Below, piece after piece: positions 1 through 11,998 of a stretch of DNA of 64,000 nt. The translations under genes were made by a program, and so were the position numbers. Numbering within the stretch: the first letter of the stretch is position 1; each line of letters begins with the position of its first letter. This DNA comes from an uncultured Nitrososphaeraceae archaeon. Lineage in GTDB: Archaea > Thermoproteota > Nitrososphaeria > Nitrososphaerales > Nitrososphaeraceae. The notes beneath the pieces are model-generated. The model saw only the letters and a list, made by a program, of their open reading frames with translations, had not been told where the DNA came from and made no database searches. The stretch is taken from assembly GCA_963825865.1 (NCBI GenBank), contig CAWGVG010000036.1, positions 1 through 64,000 on the forward strand, written 5' to 3'.

Positions 1-195
1 TAGTAGGTTATGGATAGTATTATTATATACGTTACTGGGCCGTTGCGATTTCATATGACATTTTTTGAACTCTTTACCGCGTCTACAATGACAAGATCAT
101 TTAAGTAACTCTTCTATCAACTCGAAAGTAATTGTACAAAAAAATCCGTAAAAAATGTTCTTGTTAAATCTATGAGAAAAAAGCTAAAGCTAATG

Positions 196-507
196 TTATT
201 TCCATACCGCCCAGTAGACTATTAGATCAAACCAGCGATTACAGACTGCGTAGATAAAGAAGAGATGTAGTACCGTTTTTCTTGCATTAGGATCGTGTTT
301 TAAAATGAGAAGCGGGTCGTAAGAGGAGGACACTTTATGCTTGAAACCAAGTTCATATAATATTGCATTATCACTATTGTCTTGATATCTTCTATTTACT
401 TGCAATCCAAGACTGTTTTCATAAAATGCTATGGTTGTGTCAATATTTCTGACTCTTAATAGCGGAGGTCCAATCCTCATGCTGTCTGGCATCTTATATG
501 TAGTCAT
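196..507 (-). pseudogene. VOC/glyoxalase (CatE-like) protein, N-terminal fragment
   Basis: MRIGPPLLRVRNIDTTIAFYENSLGLQV matches the first VOC motif; similarity stops after LKHDPNARK (~272). Confidence 0.65.
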
Positions 508-585
508 TAGTGATTATACCTGTTCTTCTTTTGGCATTTATTATTCATAAGAATACAAGAGATGGTTTTGGGATAGTCTCCAAGT

Positions 586-1768
586 CAAAAGCAGCACCTT
601 CACAATCCTGCAGGTAACTCAAACTCATCCCTACAATGGTTTCTAGCTTCTGGTTTTATACTTATTTTCTTATTTGGGTGCTGCACTATATATTCAAGCT
701 CATCCTCAAAATAAAATATAACAAACGGTGCCACGATTTCCTTGTTGTATGCGTTTAAATTTTGCCAAAGAATCCTCTATTGCAAATTCGTTACTGCGAC
801 CCGAACTCCTCGCATAGGAGTCTAACTCGCAAAGTTTTTGCAGAAATCCAGTAGCTATTATACGTCTATCTCTTTGTGTGAGAATTGGACTGCTTTCCAG
901 TTTATGCAGAAATGACTGTTCCATAAGAGTTGCAAGCTCAATTAGCAGTTTTACATCATCCTTTGAAGGAGTCGAACCATAACGGATTGCTTTATTCCTT
1001 ATATTCCAAAATACCCTAAGTTTAGTCACCATATTCTGACTTAGCAGATCTTGCTCCAGCGATTCCCGCAGCAAATAATGAAATGGAACCTTGCTGTAAT
1101 CCTTGTTTCTGGATTCAGTCAGATGTCTCCTAAGAAGTAACTCCACGTATGCCGAAGTATTTGTAAGAGCATCAAGATATCGCCCATTATTATAATCTGA
1201 TTTTGCTGTTTCTAGAAGATAGAATACTTTACTTTTGTCAGAAGGCAAGGATGATGAATAAACGCTGTCTTTGAATTCTTGTTCTTTATTTTTTACCTCT
1301 TCTTTTGTTTGAGCAATGATGTCTAATCCCGTTCTCAAGATCTGTATCATTTGGACCTCAAGATCTTTTCTTATCTGCGTTTCGAGCAGTTTACAATTAC
1401 GGAATTTATGATATGAGATCCTGTGTTTTAACTCTCTCTGAATAAATTCATTTGTACGCTGATCTCTTTCTTCATCTTTCACATCCAGGATGTATAGTAG
1501 GCATCGTTTGTTATTGTCAAGAGCAAGCTTTACACTCTTCCTGAGTTATATGTGAATGTCTCATCCCGAATATACCTACATAAAAATCGCAGTCTTTTGC
1601 TGCTTTAACTGATCGTGTTCTCGTGTCATCAGTATCGGCTCCTCGATTTCCTAAGAGCTGACAAGTAAGGTAATCCATTGAATTTATCATTTCTTCTAAT
1701 CTTTTTCTTTTTCGACTGAATTCTTCTTGGCTTGAACTGATAAAGACCTCCAAATCATCCTTACGCAA
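586..1768 (-). CDS. DUF4062 domain + HEPN-like domain protein, frameshifted (ORFs 1517-1768, 706-1482 and a probable tail to ~586)
   Basis: VFISSSQEEF..DCDFYVGIFG..ITQEE is DUF4062-like and continues in another frame as LDNNKRCLLYILDVKDEERD; the C-terminal helical part has YNNGRYLDAL..VELLLR..WNIRNKAIRY (HEPN-like). Confidence 0.6.
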
Positions 1769-2022
1769 AGATATGAAGCAGAGAGACTTAACAATAATTT
1801 ATTATTTATTCAGATCGCCTTATTTTCCCTTGTCATCTGTAGAATCTCCCAGCCTTTTGCTCTTCCTCTTGTTCACTGCTCGCTGCAGACATCATCTATT
1901 CTACGAAAGAAAAATAATAATAACTTGAGCATATCTTCATCTTCTTTTTCAAATCCTCCGTTGGAGGTTAGCACTACTTCCGATTTTACAATGCTGTTAA
2001 CAGTGCAATTTGATACCTGCAG

Positions 2023-2090
2023 TGGCACTGACCACTCGCTAATAACTTACCCTAATTTAGGGCATGTATTTTATCCATCGTCTCACATGG
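2023..2090 (+). pseudogene. Short fragment of alpha/beta hydrolase (catalytic-His region)
   Basis: DHSLITYPNLGHVFYPSS is homologous to DHLIIAYPGLGHTFVPSN in the 3534 ORF. Confidence 0.6.
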
Positions 2091-2128
2091 CTTTCAGATC
2101 CAGTCAGAGACTTTAAGAAATTAACCAT

Positions 2129-3177
2129 TAGATCTCTTGTGTAATTAGAAGCTTAGAGCTATATTCCTCTTCACATAGGATATCTATCTGACAAGCTCTT
2201 TGATGTCCTATAGCAAATTATGTAAGAAACCTTTGATATTCAGGTCATTTACCGGAGTAACTGTATCTGAATTTGAATCCATTTGTAACGAAATTGAACA
2301 TAACTACGAAGAGCACGAAAGAAGACGTCTTCTATCAAGGACGAGAATACGGGATATAGGTGCTGGTAGACCATTTAAGCTTAAAGTTAAAGAAAGATTC
2401 GTTATGCTTCTAGTATACTACAGATTATACATTACATATACATTATCAGGATTTCTGTTTGACCTTGATCAAAGCAATGTTTGTAGAGATATATCAATGA
2501 TGGAACCACTTATCAAGGAGTGTATTCCATTGCCAAAGAAGATATACAAACGTACTAGGAGATTAAGAACTATAGATGAAGTAGAAGAGTACTTTCCTGG
2601 ATTCAAGGCTTTCATAGACTCTACAGAACAAGAAATTCCAAGACCTAAGAACAAAAGAAGAAGGAAGAGTTACTATTCAGGTAGAAAGAAGAAACATACT
2701 GTCAAGACACAATTGATGGTAAACAGTGAAGGATTGATACTGCATAAGACAGGTCACAGAAGTGGAAGAAAACATGATTATGACATTTACAAACACAATC
2801 ATTCTATAACTCCATCACAAGTTGAAAACATAGTTGATCTTGGTTATCTTGGCATTGAAAAGGACTTTCCCACTGTAAAGTCTGTACTTCGTATCAAAAA
2901 GAAAAAGGGTACATTGCTTTCATGTGATGAAAGAACTTACAACAAGAATCATTCTAGGCTAAGGATCATAGTAGAACATACCATATGTAAAATCAAAAAG
3001 TTTGGAATAATGGGTACTAAATTTAGAAACAGATTAAGGAAGGACAATAACGTATCTGATATAATATCCGGTCTCCTGAACTTCAGAGTTATACAGTCTG
3101 ACAGCATTTCAATCTAAGAAGACGGCTAAAACAAGTAGGGTGTTAGACTATAGCCTGCTAATTACGCAAGAGATCTA
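2129..3177 (+). mobile_element. IS5-like (DDE_Tnp_4-type) insertion sequence with 20-bp terminal inverted repeats
   Basis: TAGATCTCTTGTGTAATTAG (2129-2148) vs reverse complement of 3158-3177 TAGATCTCTTGCGTAATTAG, 19/20; outer TA may be the target duplication. Confidence 0.9.
2200..3117 (+). CDS. Transposase (HTH + DDE, IS5-like)
   Basis: FRSFTG..GAGRPFKL..FDLDQSNVCR HTH; FIDSTEQ, YYSGRKKKH, VDLGYLG, RIIVEHTICKIK DDE motifs; intact 305 aa. Confidence 0.9.
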   Translation: MMSYSKLCKKPLIFRSFTGVTVSEFESICNEIEHNYEEHERRRLLSRTRIRDIGAGRPFKLKVKERFVMLLVYYRLYITYTLSGFLFDLDQSNVCRDISMMEPLIKECIPLPKKIYKRTRRLRTIDEVEEYFPGFKAFIDSTEQEIPRPKNKRRRKSYYSGRKKKHTVKTQLMVNSEGLILHKTGHRSGRKHDYDIYKHNHSITPSQVENIVDLGYLGIEKDFPTVKSVLRIKKKKGTLLSCDERTYNKNHSRLRIIVEHTICKIKKFGIMGTKFRNRLRKDNNVSDIISGLLNFRVIQSDSISI

Positions 3178-3533
3178 TTTTATCTTCACAGACGCCCTAG
3201 GTTGTTTTAATGTAGGACAAACAGATCGTGGGGTCCTAATCCTTTCCATACATACATATGTGACATATTCAATTTGGTTTCTCTCTCCTTTTTCTGGTCA
3301 GAGAATCCTATTTGAGAAGTAATATTATAATGAGCCCAAGGGGGTTAGATTCCCGTAGGTAAAGGGGCTCATTACCATTAACAGAGATATATCTGATTTA
3401 CTGATTATAAAGCGTTTCAGCCTATAGGACCATGCTGCTCTAGATCGACTATCCCTACGTCAAGAAATCCCCTCTATTATTCTCACTGAATGATATCGTA
3501 TAGCTGATATCTTCAGATTCAAGATCGATTTCT

Positions 3534-4755
3534 TTACCGTACCTCTTCATTGACCTCTCTTGCGGGCGATGTGAGCCATTCATATATATCCTGAAATACA
3601 TATTCTTCCATTTGACCATGTGAGGTTATCCATTGATTGGAAGGGACAAATGTATGTCCAAGACCTGGATAGGCAATAATTAGATGGTCAGGATGATTTA
3701 CTTCTGTTAATCTTTGTTGTAATAGCAGCGCTTGATCAAGGGGGGTTTGGCTATCATTTGCTCCTACGAGTATGAGGATACCGGTATTTGAAGTCACATT
3801 CCCAATCATGCTATTGACACTACTCAGGGCAGAAAACGATTTTCCATAACTAGGGCAACCAAAGAGGTCTATGCATTTGGCTGACAGCTGTGAGGCATTT
3901 GGAGATGTATCATTTTCAAATACCCTTACAAGTGCAGGCTTAAGTTCATTATCAATACTTATATACACATCCTTATTTGTGTTATATTTGGAATTTAATT
4001 GGTGTTTGGTCCCATTAGTAGTCTCTAGAAGTAGTGTGAGATTTCCAACCATAGTACTGAAAACTGGATTCTTACTTGCTTCTGATAATGACAGCAATCC
4101 ATCATGATTACGGTCTAGCACCTTTTCAGCATAAAGAACAGGATGTGCAACTTCCTGGTTATATATCATATCACGCCATTTTTCAGCTACTGGAGCCATT
4201 AGGACTATATTTCTGACTTTATCTGGGTTATCGACGGCAACTCTTGGGGGTATGTTAGTACCTTCACTATGTCCAATCAATGTTGCCTTTTTAGTTGCAT
4301 TTACTTCAGGTTGCTCGCAATAATACTGATAAAGCCTTCTCAGCGTCTTGCTTCAGATTGTTAAATGTAAGATTGCCCCATGCATTACTATCTGATATCG
4401 TCTGACCAGCCTCAGGTATGTACGGCCCTACACCTCTCTTATCATATCTAAGTACGGCAAATCCCCTGTCTGAGAGATACTCAGCCATATGAGAGTATGG
4501 AGATGTCGGTGGAAGTACTGAACCAGCACCAGAGCCCGGAAAGACAATTACTCCAGGGAATGGACCTTTACCTATAGCAGGAATAGTTAATTGAGCATTA
4601 GTCTTTAATCCATTACCAAGATCAATTGTTAGATTTCTATGCTTCACTGTCTCTACATAGGGTTGAGCGTACGCTTCAGCAATTGTTGTGTAATGATGTA
4701 AAGTGGATTCACTGAGAAATGAAAATGACAAAGCAATTGAACATACTGCAATCAT
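3534..4755 (-). CDS. Secreted alpha/beta hydrolase (serine aminopeptidase-like), frameshifted at ~4290
   Basis: Signal-like N-terminus; GPFPGVIVFPGSG, GFAVLRYDKRG, GHSEG nucleophile, GANDSQTP, YPGLGH. Confidence 0.85.
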
Positions 4756-4940
4756 CGCCTAACTTTGATTGCTTGGTTTAACGGACGTTGTTGACTCCTA
4801 TCTTATCGAATGCCTTGAATATTCAGGTGATATTAACAAAAAGGCATTAGACAGCTTAATTTATACAAGAGGAAAATAAAAAAGCGTCGTTATATATTTA
4901 TTAGAAACGCAATAACAAAAAACATCAAAGAAATATAGCA

Positions 4941-5974
4941 ATGAGTGAGGATCTCTACATTCGCCCACTTCAGGAAAGTGATCTGCCCACAGCAGACCGC
5001 ATCCTTAGGCTAGCTTTCGGTACGTTCGTCGGCCTACCAGATCCCATGTCATTCTTCGGTGATGCAGACATTGTCCGAACGCGCTTTTTAGCAAATCCAT
5101 CTGCCGCTTTGGCAGCTGAGCTTAAAGGTGAGCTTGTAGGTTCTAACTTTGTAGCAAACTGGGGTAGCGTGGGCTTTTTTGGGCCCCTATCAGTACGACC
5201 TGATTTACGGGATCGCGGTGTTGCAAAACGCCTCTTAGAATCAACCATCAAGCTTTTTGACAAGTGGGGTACAAAATATGCAGGTCTGTTTACCTTTTCT
5301 GACAGCCCAAAGCATATAGGCTTGTATCAGAAATTTGGCTTCTGGCCTTGCTTTCTAACCGCTGTTATGTCCAAGCCGGTCGTTGCAGCAGATAAGACAA
5401 AAACAACAACGACAATAAGAAGAACAAGAAGAGGGGATGAAATTGCTTTGCCTTGGTCTAAGTATTCTGAACTATCAGAAGTGGATCAGGGCGAATGTCT
5501 TAATGTTTGTCGCATATTGACTGACTCAATCTATGAAGGACTGGATCTAAAGCACGAAATAGCTGCTGTAAATACGCAAAGGCTTGGTGATACTGTGCTG
5601 CTGTGGGACAGAAATGATGATGATGCAGGTGAAGAAACAAGACTCCTAGGAAGAAGGTTGATGGGTCTGGCTGTATGTCACAGCGGAGCTGGATCTGAGG
5701 CAGGAAGTAATACATGCTATGTCAAGGTCGGCGCAGTTCAACCTGGACCTAATGGAGGTCAATTCTTCGGCCAGCTCTTGAATGTATGTGAGGAACTGGC
5801 AAGAGTGCATGGAATGTCTAGGCTTGTGGCTGGTGTCAATACTGGCGGCATCAGGCTTATCGTAAAATGATAGCGCACGGCTTTCGAACTGATATACAAG
5901 GAGTAGCAATGCAAAGATACAATGAACCGGGCTACAATCGTCCTGATGTTTATTTAATAGATGATTGGCGTTAG
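4941..5974 (+). CDS. GNAT family N-acetyltransferase (frameshift near C-terminus)
   Basis: IRPLQESDL, GPLSVRPDLRDRGVAKRLL, LYQKFGF; tail HQAYRKMIAHGFRT..YLIDDWR* in another frame ending 5974. Confidence 0.85.
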
Positions 5975-6128
5975 CTAATGTTGTATGTGAATAAATCTAA
6001 CTTAGTTATACCAAGAAGATTGTGGCCGGAATCGTCTTTCTGGCTAGCCAGGGAGTGCGGCTAATCATAGCATAAGTATCTCGCTGAACTCTTGCAAACT
6101 TAAAACCTACCAACAAGAGTAAAAAATC

Positions 6129-6481
6129 ATGAAAAAACTTGAAGGAAAAGTTGCAGTCATCACAGGCGGAAACAGCGGCATAGGCCTTGCCACCGCACAG
6201 CGGTTTGTCTCAGAGGGCCCACTTGTTTTCATCACCGGCCGCCGCCAAAGCGAACTCGACGCGGCAGTCAAGCAGATCGGCAAAAACGTCACCGGTGTCC
6301 AAGGCGATGTCTCAAATTTAGCAGATCTTGATCGGTTGTATGTTGCGGTGAAGGAGCAGAAGGGCCATATCGACATTCTGTTTGCAAACGCCGGCGTTGG
6401 AGAATTAGTTCCATTGGGGGCAATTACCGAAGCGCACTTTGACAAAACGTTCGGGATCAATGTGAAAGGACTTCTGTTCAC
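6129..6481 (+). pseudogene. SDR oxidoreductase, 5' half only
   Basis: [33 protein letters not shown] then abrupt loss of similarity; no YxxxK; visibly GC-rich. Confidence 0.85.
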
Positions 6482-6739
6482 TCCTCCTCAAATTTCCTAT
6501 TCTTTTTCATCAAATATATTGACTTTGACAATTATTGCTGTATCCTTTCTTAAGGAAGTTATTTCTGGAGAAGTACCTATTATTACTAAAGTTTCTTAAC
6601 TCCTAATCTGATTTTTGGTGCAAAACTCAGACACACATATGTCATTAGGAATGTCAAATTCCTTGCAACATCCATTTTTGACGACTATGCCTTTTGTTTA
6701 AAAAATTTTTTGCATTAGCTTTATAGGTACAGGTTTAGT

Positions 6740-7405
6740 GGTATGCTTTGAACATCTTCCTCTGTAAATGTAATTGATTTGTTTGTACCTTTGAATCTAT
6801 CTACGATTGAATTAAATGGAAAGCCATTGTGACTATTCATTATTATAGTTCTTATAGGTCTTAACACATTGTCCGGCTGTCCGCTAAAGGCTCTTTTTAT
6901 TAATGAAAGTGTCAGCCATTTTCTAATTGTTTCCCTATCTTCTCTGAAGTGCATTGAGAGGACAAAATTTTCAGGATTACCAATTTTATTGATTTTTTAA
7001 TTTTATCCCAATTATCTTCTATAATACTCATATTAGAAAGATTGAAGTTATTGCCTTTGAAGGAGATATCAGAAATATCTGAAAGCACAAGACAGCTTTT
7101 CATGACAAAATCTTTATCAAACTTAAACCCTTCGCCTATCTGATTAATATCATCCACGAATCTTGTTATCTCATCCCTAGCGTCCTTTGTTTTCCATCGA
7201 GCTGTTGCAATAGAAAGCAGAAGATCTGAATAACTAAGAATAGTTCCTCCACTATTTACTCTTATAAATATATTAAGCACTTTATCTAGTTCTTGTGAGG
7301 TTTCTTGATAGTAATTGATTACGCCTGCTGCGTTAATTACTTCATAGAGTTTGGATAGGACTTGCTGGGGAAATCTGGATTCTAATAACTGATTATCCCG
7401 CAGGA
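6740..7405 (-). pseudogene. DUF262 (GmrSD/SspE-like) protein internal fragment
   Basis: INYYQETSQELDKVLNIFIRVNSGGTILSYSDLLLS is typical of the DUF262 C-terminal end; later IRKWLTLSLIKRAFSGQPDNVL; truncated both sides. Confidence 0.75.
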
Positions 7406-7464
7406 AGGAAGAAAGTGTAACCTATGTAGGTATGCAAAACTGTAACCTATCACTGTAGGTACAA
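7403..7464 (+). repeat. ~62-bp element, copy 1 (copy 2 at 63891-63952), with internal repeat TGTAACCTAT(N0-3)GTAGGTA
   Basis: GGAAGGAAGAAAGTGTAACCTATGTAGGTATGCAAAACTGTAACCTATCACTGTAGGTACAA aligns without gaps to 63891-63952. Confidence 0.85.
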
Positions 7465-8378
7465 CAATTAACTAACCTTACTATAATCAAATGGTGAGCC
7501 GCTTGACTTGCTCGCTAAAAGAAACTAGCCACTATGGTACGCCCCGTACCGATTAATTTATTACAACAGAAGTCGAAGACCTTTCTAACACGTTAGGACT
7601 TGGGTTGAGCCTTGTTTTTAATTCCTTAATACCACAAGTTACTCTTATGCTAAAGTTCTTCTTGTTGGAAATTCAAGTTGAAACAACTGCATTCCAATAG
7701 ACTGACATTCATTAGGATCATTGATACATACAGAAACGGCATTTTTTATTCTATCTATAATAGCATCAATATCATTTCTTTGTTGGTTGAGTCGATCAAT
7801 TGTTATAGTAGGAGTGAAGACGGTGACTCTACGATATCCTGTTCCGTTAGAGTCCTATTCAAGACACGATTTATATTTGATAAACATATCTCTGTATTTT
7901 TCAAAATGAGCTTTACAGTTATTATCACAATTGAGTTTTTGGTTTACAAACATTCAGTATTCTTATAACAAAGCTTAACTCTATCATGTTCTTAACAGTA
8001 ATTATTGGTATAAATTGTATGTCTACTAGAATAGAATATCCTAAAAGATATGGTTGGTGGATAAATGAATTAAATTCATTAGGGGTAGGCAGCAAAGAAA
8101 GCGAATGAACTAAATGATCTAAAAGAAATTAGTAATCTTGCCAGTAATATAAAACACGCGCTCATACAGGATTACAATAACTGTGAATACCAAGTAGTAT
8201 TGAACATTTTCTCAATACAAACTGATTAATTTGAATTCAGTCAAATTCAATTCAAGAATAACAAAGATGGAATGCAGGCTTAAAATACACTAAAAAAGAA
8301 GTGTTGATTGAGTTGTTGTGATATAAAATTATGTATGTATATGATGGCCGGCAGGGTTTCTTTACCTCTCCTCCTTCA

Positions 8379-9252
8379 TCATCTTTCTATTGGATTTGCT
8401 ACCATATTTCCCCATTCAGTCCACGATCCATCATAGTTCCTGACATTAGGATAGCCAAGCAAATATTTCAGAACGAACCATGTATGGGATGATCTTTCTC
8501 CTATCCTGCAGTATGCAATGATCTCCTTTTCTGGTGTTATGCCTTTTGGTTCATAGAGTTTCTTTAACTCATCTGCCGACTTAAATGTACCATCACTATC
8601 ATTGACTGCTTGGCTCCAGGGAATATTAGCAGCTCCGGGTATGTGTCCTCCTCTCTGAGCATGTTCTGTAGGATACTCAGGTGGTGCTGTAATCTCACCG
8701 GTGAACTCCTTTGGGCTTCTCACATCAACCATGCCTACTCTGTCTTTTGCATCTAAAGATTCCTTTACATAACTCAAAAATACTCTTATGTTTTTATCTG
8801 GTTCTGATGATGCTTTGAAGTTCCCTTTAGGATTTTGTTGTTGTTGTTGTTGTGGAACATCTTTTGTTAGTGGCCTATCTTCTGTTAACCATTTCTTTCT
8901 TCCTCCGTTCATAAGCCTGGACATCCTTGTAACCGTAGTACTTGAATACCCAAAATGCAAAGGCTGCAAACCAATTGTTAAAGTCACCATATAGAACTAA
9001 AGTTGTATCATCATTAACTCCAACCTTCTGTAACAAATCCTCACATGCTTGTTTACTTAAGATATTCCTGCTTACAGGATCGTTTATATCTTTTTTCCAA
9101 TCAAATAACACAGCTCCTGGAATATGTCCCAATCCGTAGTTTGCATTGGAATCATAATCTACTTCAGCTATGCGAACTCTTGTTGTATCCTTTGAGTGGT
9201 CTACCACCCATTGCGTATCCACTAAAACTTCTGGATGTGCATACTCCTCCAT
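8379..9252 (-). CDS. Thiosulfate sulfurtransferase / tandem rhodanese (frameshift ~8920)
   Basis: YAHPEVLVDTQW, GHIPGAV, VDVRSPKEFTGE, active-site YCRIGERSS, YDGSWTEWGN. Confidence 0.93.
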
Positions 9253-9850
9253 TAATAATCTCCACTACGATATTATTTAATGACACAATATATTAGGTTT
9301 TTACAATGGCAGAATCTTCTTGCAATACCTTGGAGAAAAATACAAGAGCTCCTGCTCCCTTCATCAGAACTCTTTGATGGCAAAATGCGGTAGCAATAAT
9401 AACAAACTCAATAATAAGTGGTAACAGTTTAAGCTTCTGTGTGAATTAAGAGGTGGCAACAATTGTTTTTATGTATCAATTTAGATTAGACTTGTGCGTC
9501 TTTTAATTAGTATGTTTTCTTAAAATCATCTAATGTCAAAAGCACTGGCAAAACAGTGGTCATGAATTAAGAATAGAAGAAGTTAACAAAGCAAAAGAAT
9601 GGCTTCACTCTTATTCCTTATCCCGGTTAAAGTAAAATGGATTCATAGTCTATACATCGGCATCTACTATTTTGACTAAACACAAGATTGATTCAATTGA
9701 AATCTTATACTTGTTGCGAGAAATCTTTGATGATTCTTGTTATTGTTGCTGCTGGTAGTATACATATACTATTGGTGTATTATCGTGTGGAGAAATGTCA
9801 ATACAACAATTTAATTTATAAGACCAAACGCTGATTGCCTCTAACAAAAA

Positions 9851-10147
9851 ATGTCAACTACCACGGATATAATAAGATATGTGAAACATAATAAAGTCAG
9901 TTTAAAAGCAGACAAAAGAAAGGAAAGCAGCAAAGTGCTTTTGGAGTTCTTCAAAGACCTAGAAGGAAAAGCAACAGGGATGAGAGGATTTGTGGTAATG
10001 GATAATGTACAAGAATCACAGGAATCTGTTGTCCTTACCTTTTGGGAAACAAAAGAAGATATGGATGCATTTTATCAACCAGATAATAAAGCTCTGTCTG
10101 ATTTAGTTGAAAAGCTAAAACCTTCATTCTTTAGGTTAACAACATAA
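9851..10147 (+). CDS. Antibiotic biosynthesis monooxygenase (ABM)-like protein
   Basis: GMRGFVVM..SVVLTFWETKEDMDAF; C-terminus possibly truncated. Confidence 0.7.
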   Translation: MSTTTDIIRYVKHNKVSLKADKRKESSKVLLEFFKDLEGKATGMRGFVVMDNVQESQESVVLTFWETKEDMDAFYQPDNKALSDLVEKLKPSFFRLTT

Positions 10148-10812
10148 GAATTACATACACTATGATTCAACTAGATCTGGTTTATCTTATCAGGTATTTG
10201 GAACATATCGAAGCTATGTTAAGAAGAAGACTGTTAGCTTTTTACAATAGCTAGAATCATATCACATTCTGGATTTGGACATGTAAAGACGCTGAATTGA
10301 CCAGAATTATCATTTTCTGGTGTCATTTGATCTGCTGCATATTGTTTCTTACAATATGGACATTTTGCCATATATCTATGGGGCTGTTTGTTGTATCTTC
10401 AGTTAAAAAACCTTTGTTTCTTCAACAAAGTAGTAAAAGAGCAAATTATTTTTACTGTAAAAAGTATCTAAAAAGCTAATACTAGATTGATACCGTGTAT
10501 AACTATAGTATCAATCCTGCATATGCAACATGAAAAATATGCTACATACAGAAGGAAAGGTTACTGTTGGCAATAACATGTGTGTCTTCACTAGAAAACA
10601 CATGTGCTGCTAGCCTTTTGATAGCACTTGCAATTGCTGAAGTAGCTGGATCTATTGAACAAGTCTTTGCATATAGTAGTCAGTCCACGACGAACATGGG
10701 AATAAAAGATTGGCTTCATTCTGGACAAGTTGATACTCTCAGATTGAGATAAGGCGCGTTGATTAAGTAGGGTACTTCAACTATACTTTTTTACTAAAGA
10801 ACTCCAACTACT

Positions 10813-11533
10813 CTATTTGTTCTTTACAAAAATTAAGCTAATAATCCGTATTCTTTTAGGATTTCTTTTAAATCGGTATATATATCTAGTTTGATATTCT
10901 TCTGGGGCATCCTCCTTCTTGTCTACTAGCTCAAAGCCAATCGATTGAAATGTTGTTGTAAGCCATTCACCCCATTTATTATATTCATTATCTGATATTG
11001 GTTGCAATAGCTCATCAGTTATCTCTTCGAAGGACTTTCCTGATAATACAGCGTTATTATTATCTTCAAGCTTAATCCTGGATTTAGCAATTTCATACTT
11101 TTGTTTATCTATTACTACCATTTCAGTAACAAGTTGGAATGTACCATATATTTTCATCTTCAAGAAAACAGTTTTGTAGAATGGTTCCCAGTCTTGTTGA
11201 TTGTCTTCATCAACAAAGTTTGGACATGGTAATACTGCAATAACACGATCTAATGAGTTATCAGGAAATGCTGGTATGAAATCCACAAATGAGCCATTTA
11301 ATAATACAACATTATCAAGCTTAATCCTGGATTTAGCAATTTCATAATTTTGTTTATCTATTTCAATCCCAATATAGATAGAATTATCATCTTTGTCTTG
11401 CTTGGCAAGTTTTTCCAATAGTAGTCCATCATCCATACCTAGCTCTAAGATGATTTTTGAATACTTTGCAGAAAGTGATTTAACTAGGTTTGCTACCCAG
11501 ATGACTCTGGATTTTAGCCGATATTCTAAACAT
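10813..11533 (-). CDS. Class I SAM-dependent methyltransferase-like protein, with internal duplication and 5' frameshift
   Basis: ILELGMDDG (degenerate motif I), YIGIEID, NGSFVDFI..FPDNSLDRV; probable ATG at 11533. Confidence 0.65.
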
Positions 11534-11998
11534 CGAGTCTAATAATATGGATTTATCTTATAAGAATTAAAATGATAGATCATTTTTAGGACTAGTATCA
11601 GTATATATATTTTCTTTAATAACCTATGAAAACGAGATAGTTCCAGTATACAATATGATGAGTATACCATTCAAATTTACATAAAACCTAACATTCTACA
11701 AAACAGATAAACGTCAGGTAATTGACATTATAGTGAATACTGTGGATTTATAGGATCATCCATTACAAATTCATTATTCAGATTTAAAGTTCCACCATAT
11801 CGTATGGGACCTAAAAAATCTTAGTGTAAGAGAGATTCAAGATTTTTAATTGTGTATTATAACCATATCACATTTTTATTATGTACAGTGATTCAGATGA
11901 TATTAGCATAATGTTATAGTACGTTGTGGAAAAGTATTACTGCTATATCTGAGGGTGATTAATTCATTTGCGATTACAACAACCTTTATGTTATTATT

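Noticed and set aside
7650-7990. Minus-strand GYRRVTV resembling GYQRVTV in the 42988 ORF
   Set aside because: No similarity beyond seven residues; the + strand ORFs 7678/7721 look like shadows
8788-8994. Poly-Cys ORFs (also 56661-56891) as RiPP precursors
   Set aside because: Antisense readings of poly-Gln CAA tracts in real genes
8379-9252. Rhodanese as sulfur donor for the YcaO
   Set aside because: 27 kb away across many breakpoints and a common housekeeping gene; no linkage evidence
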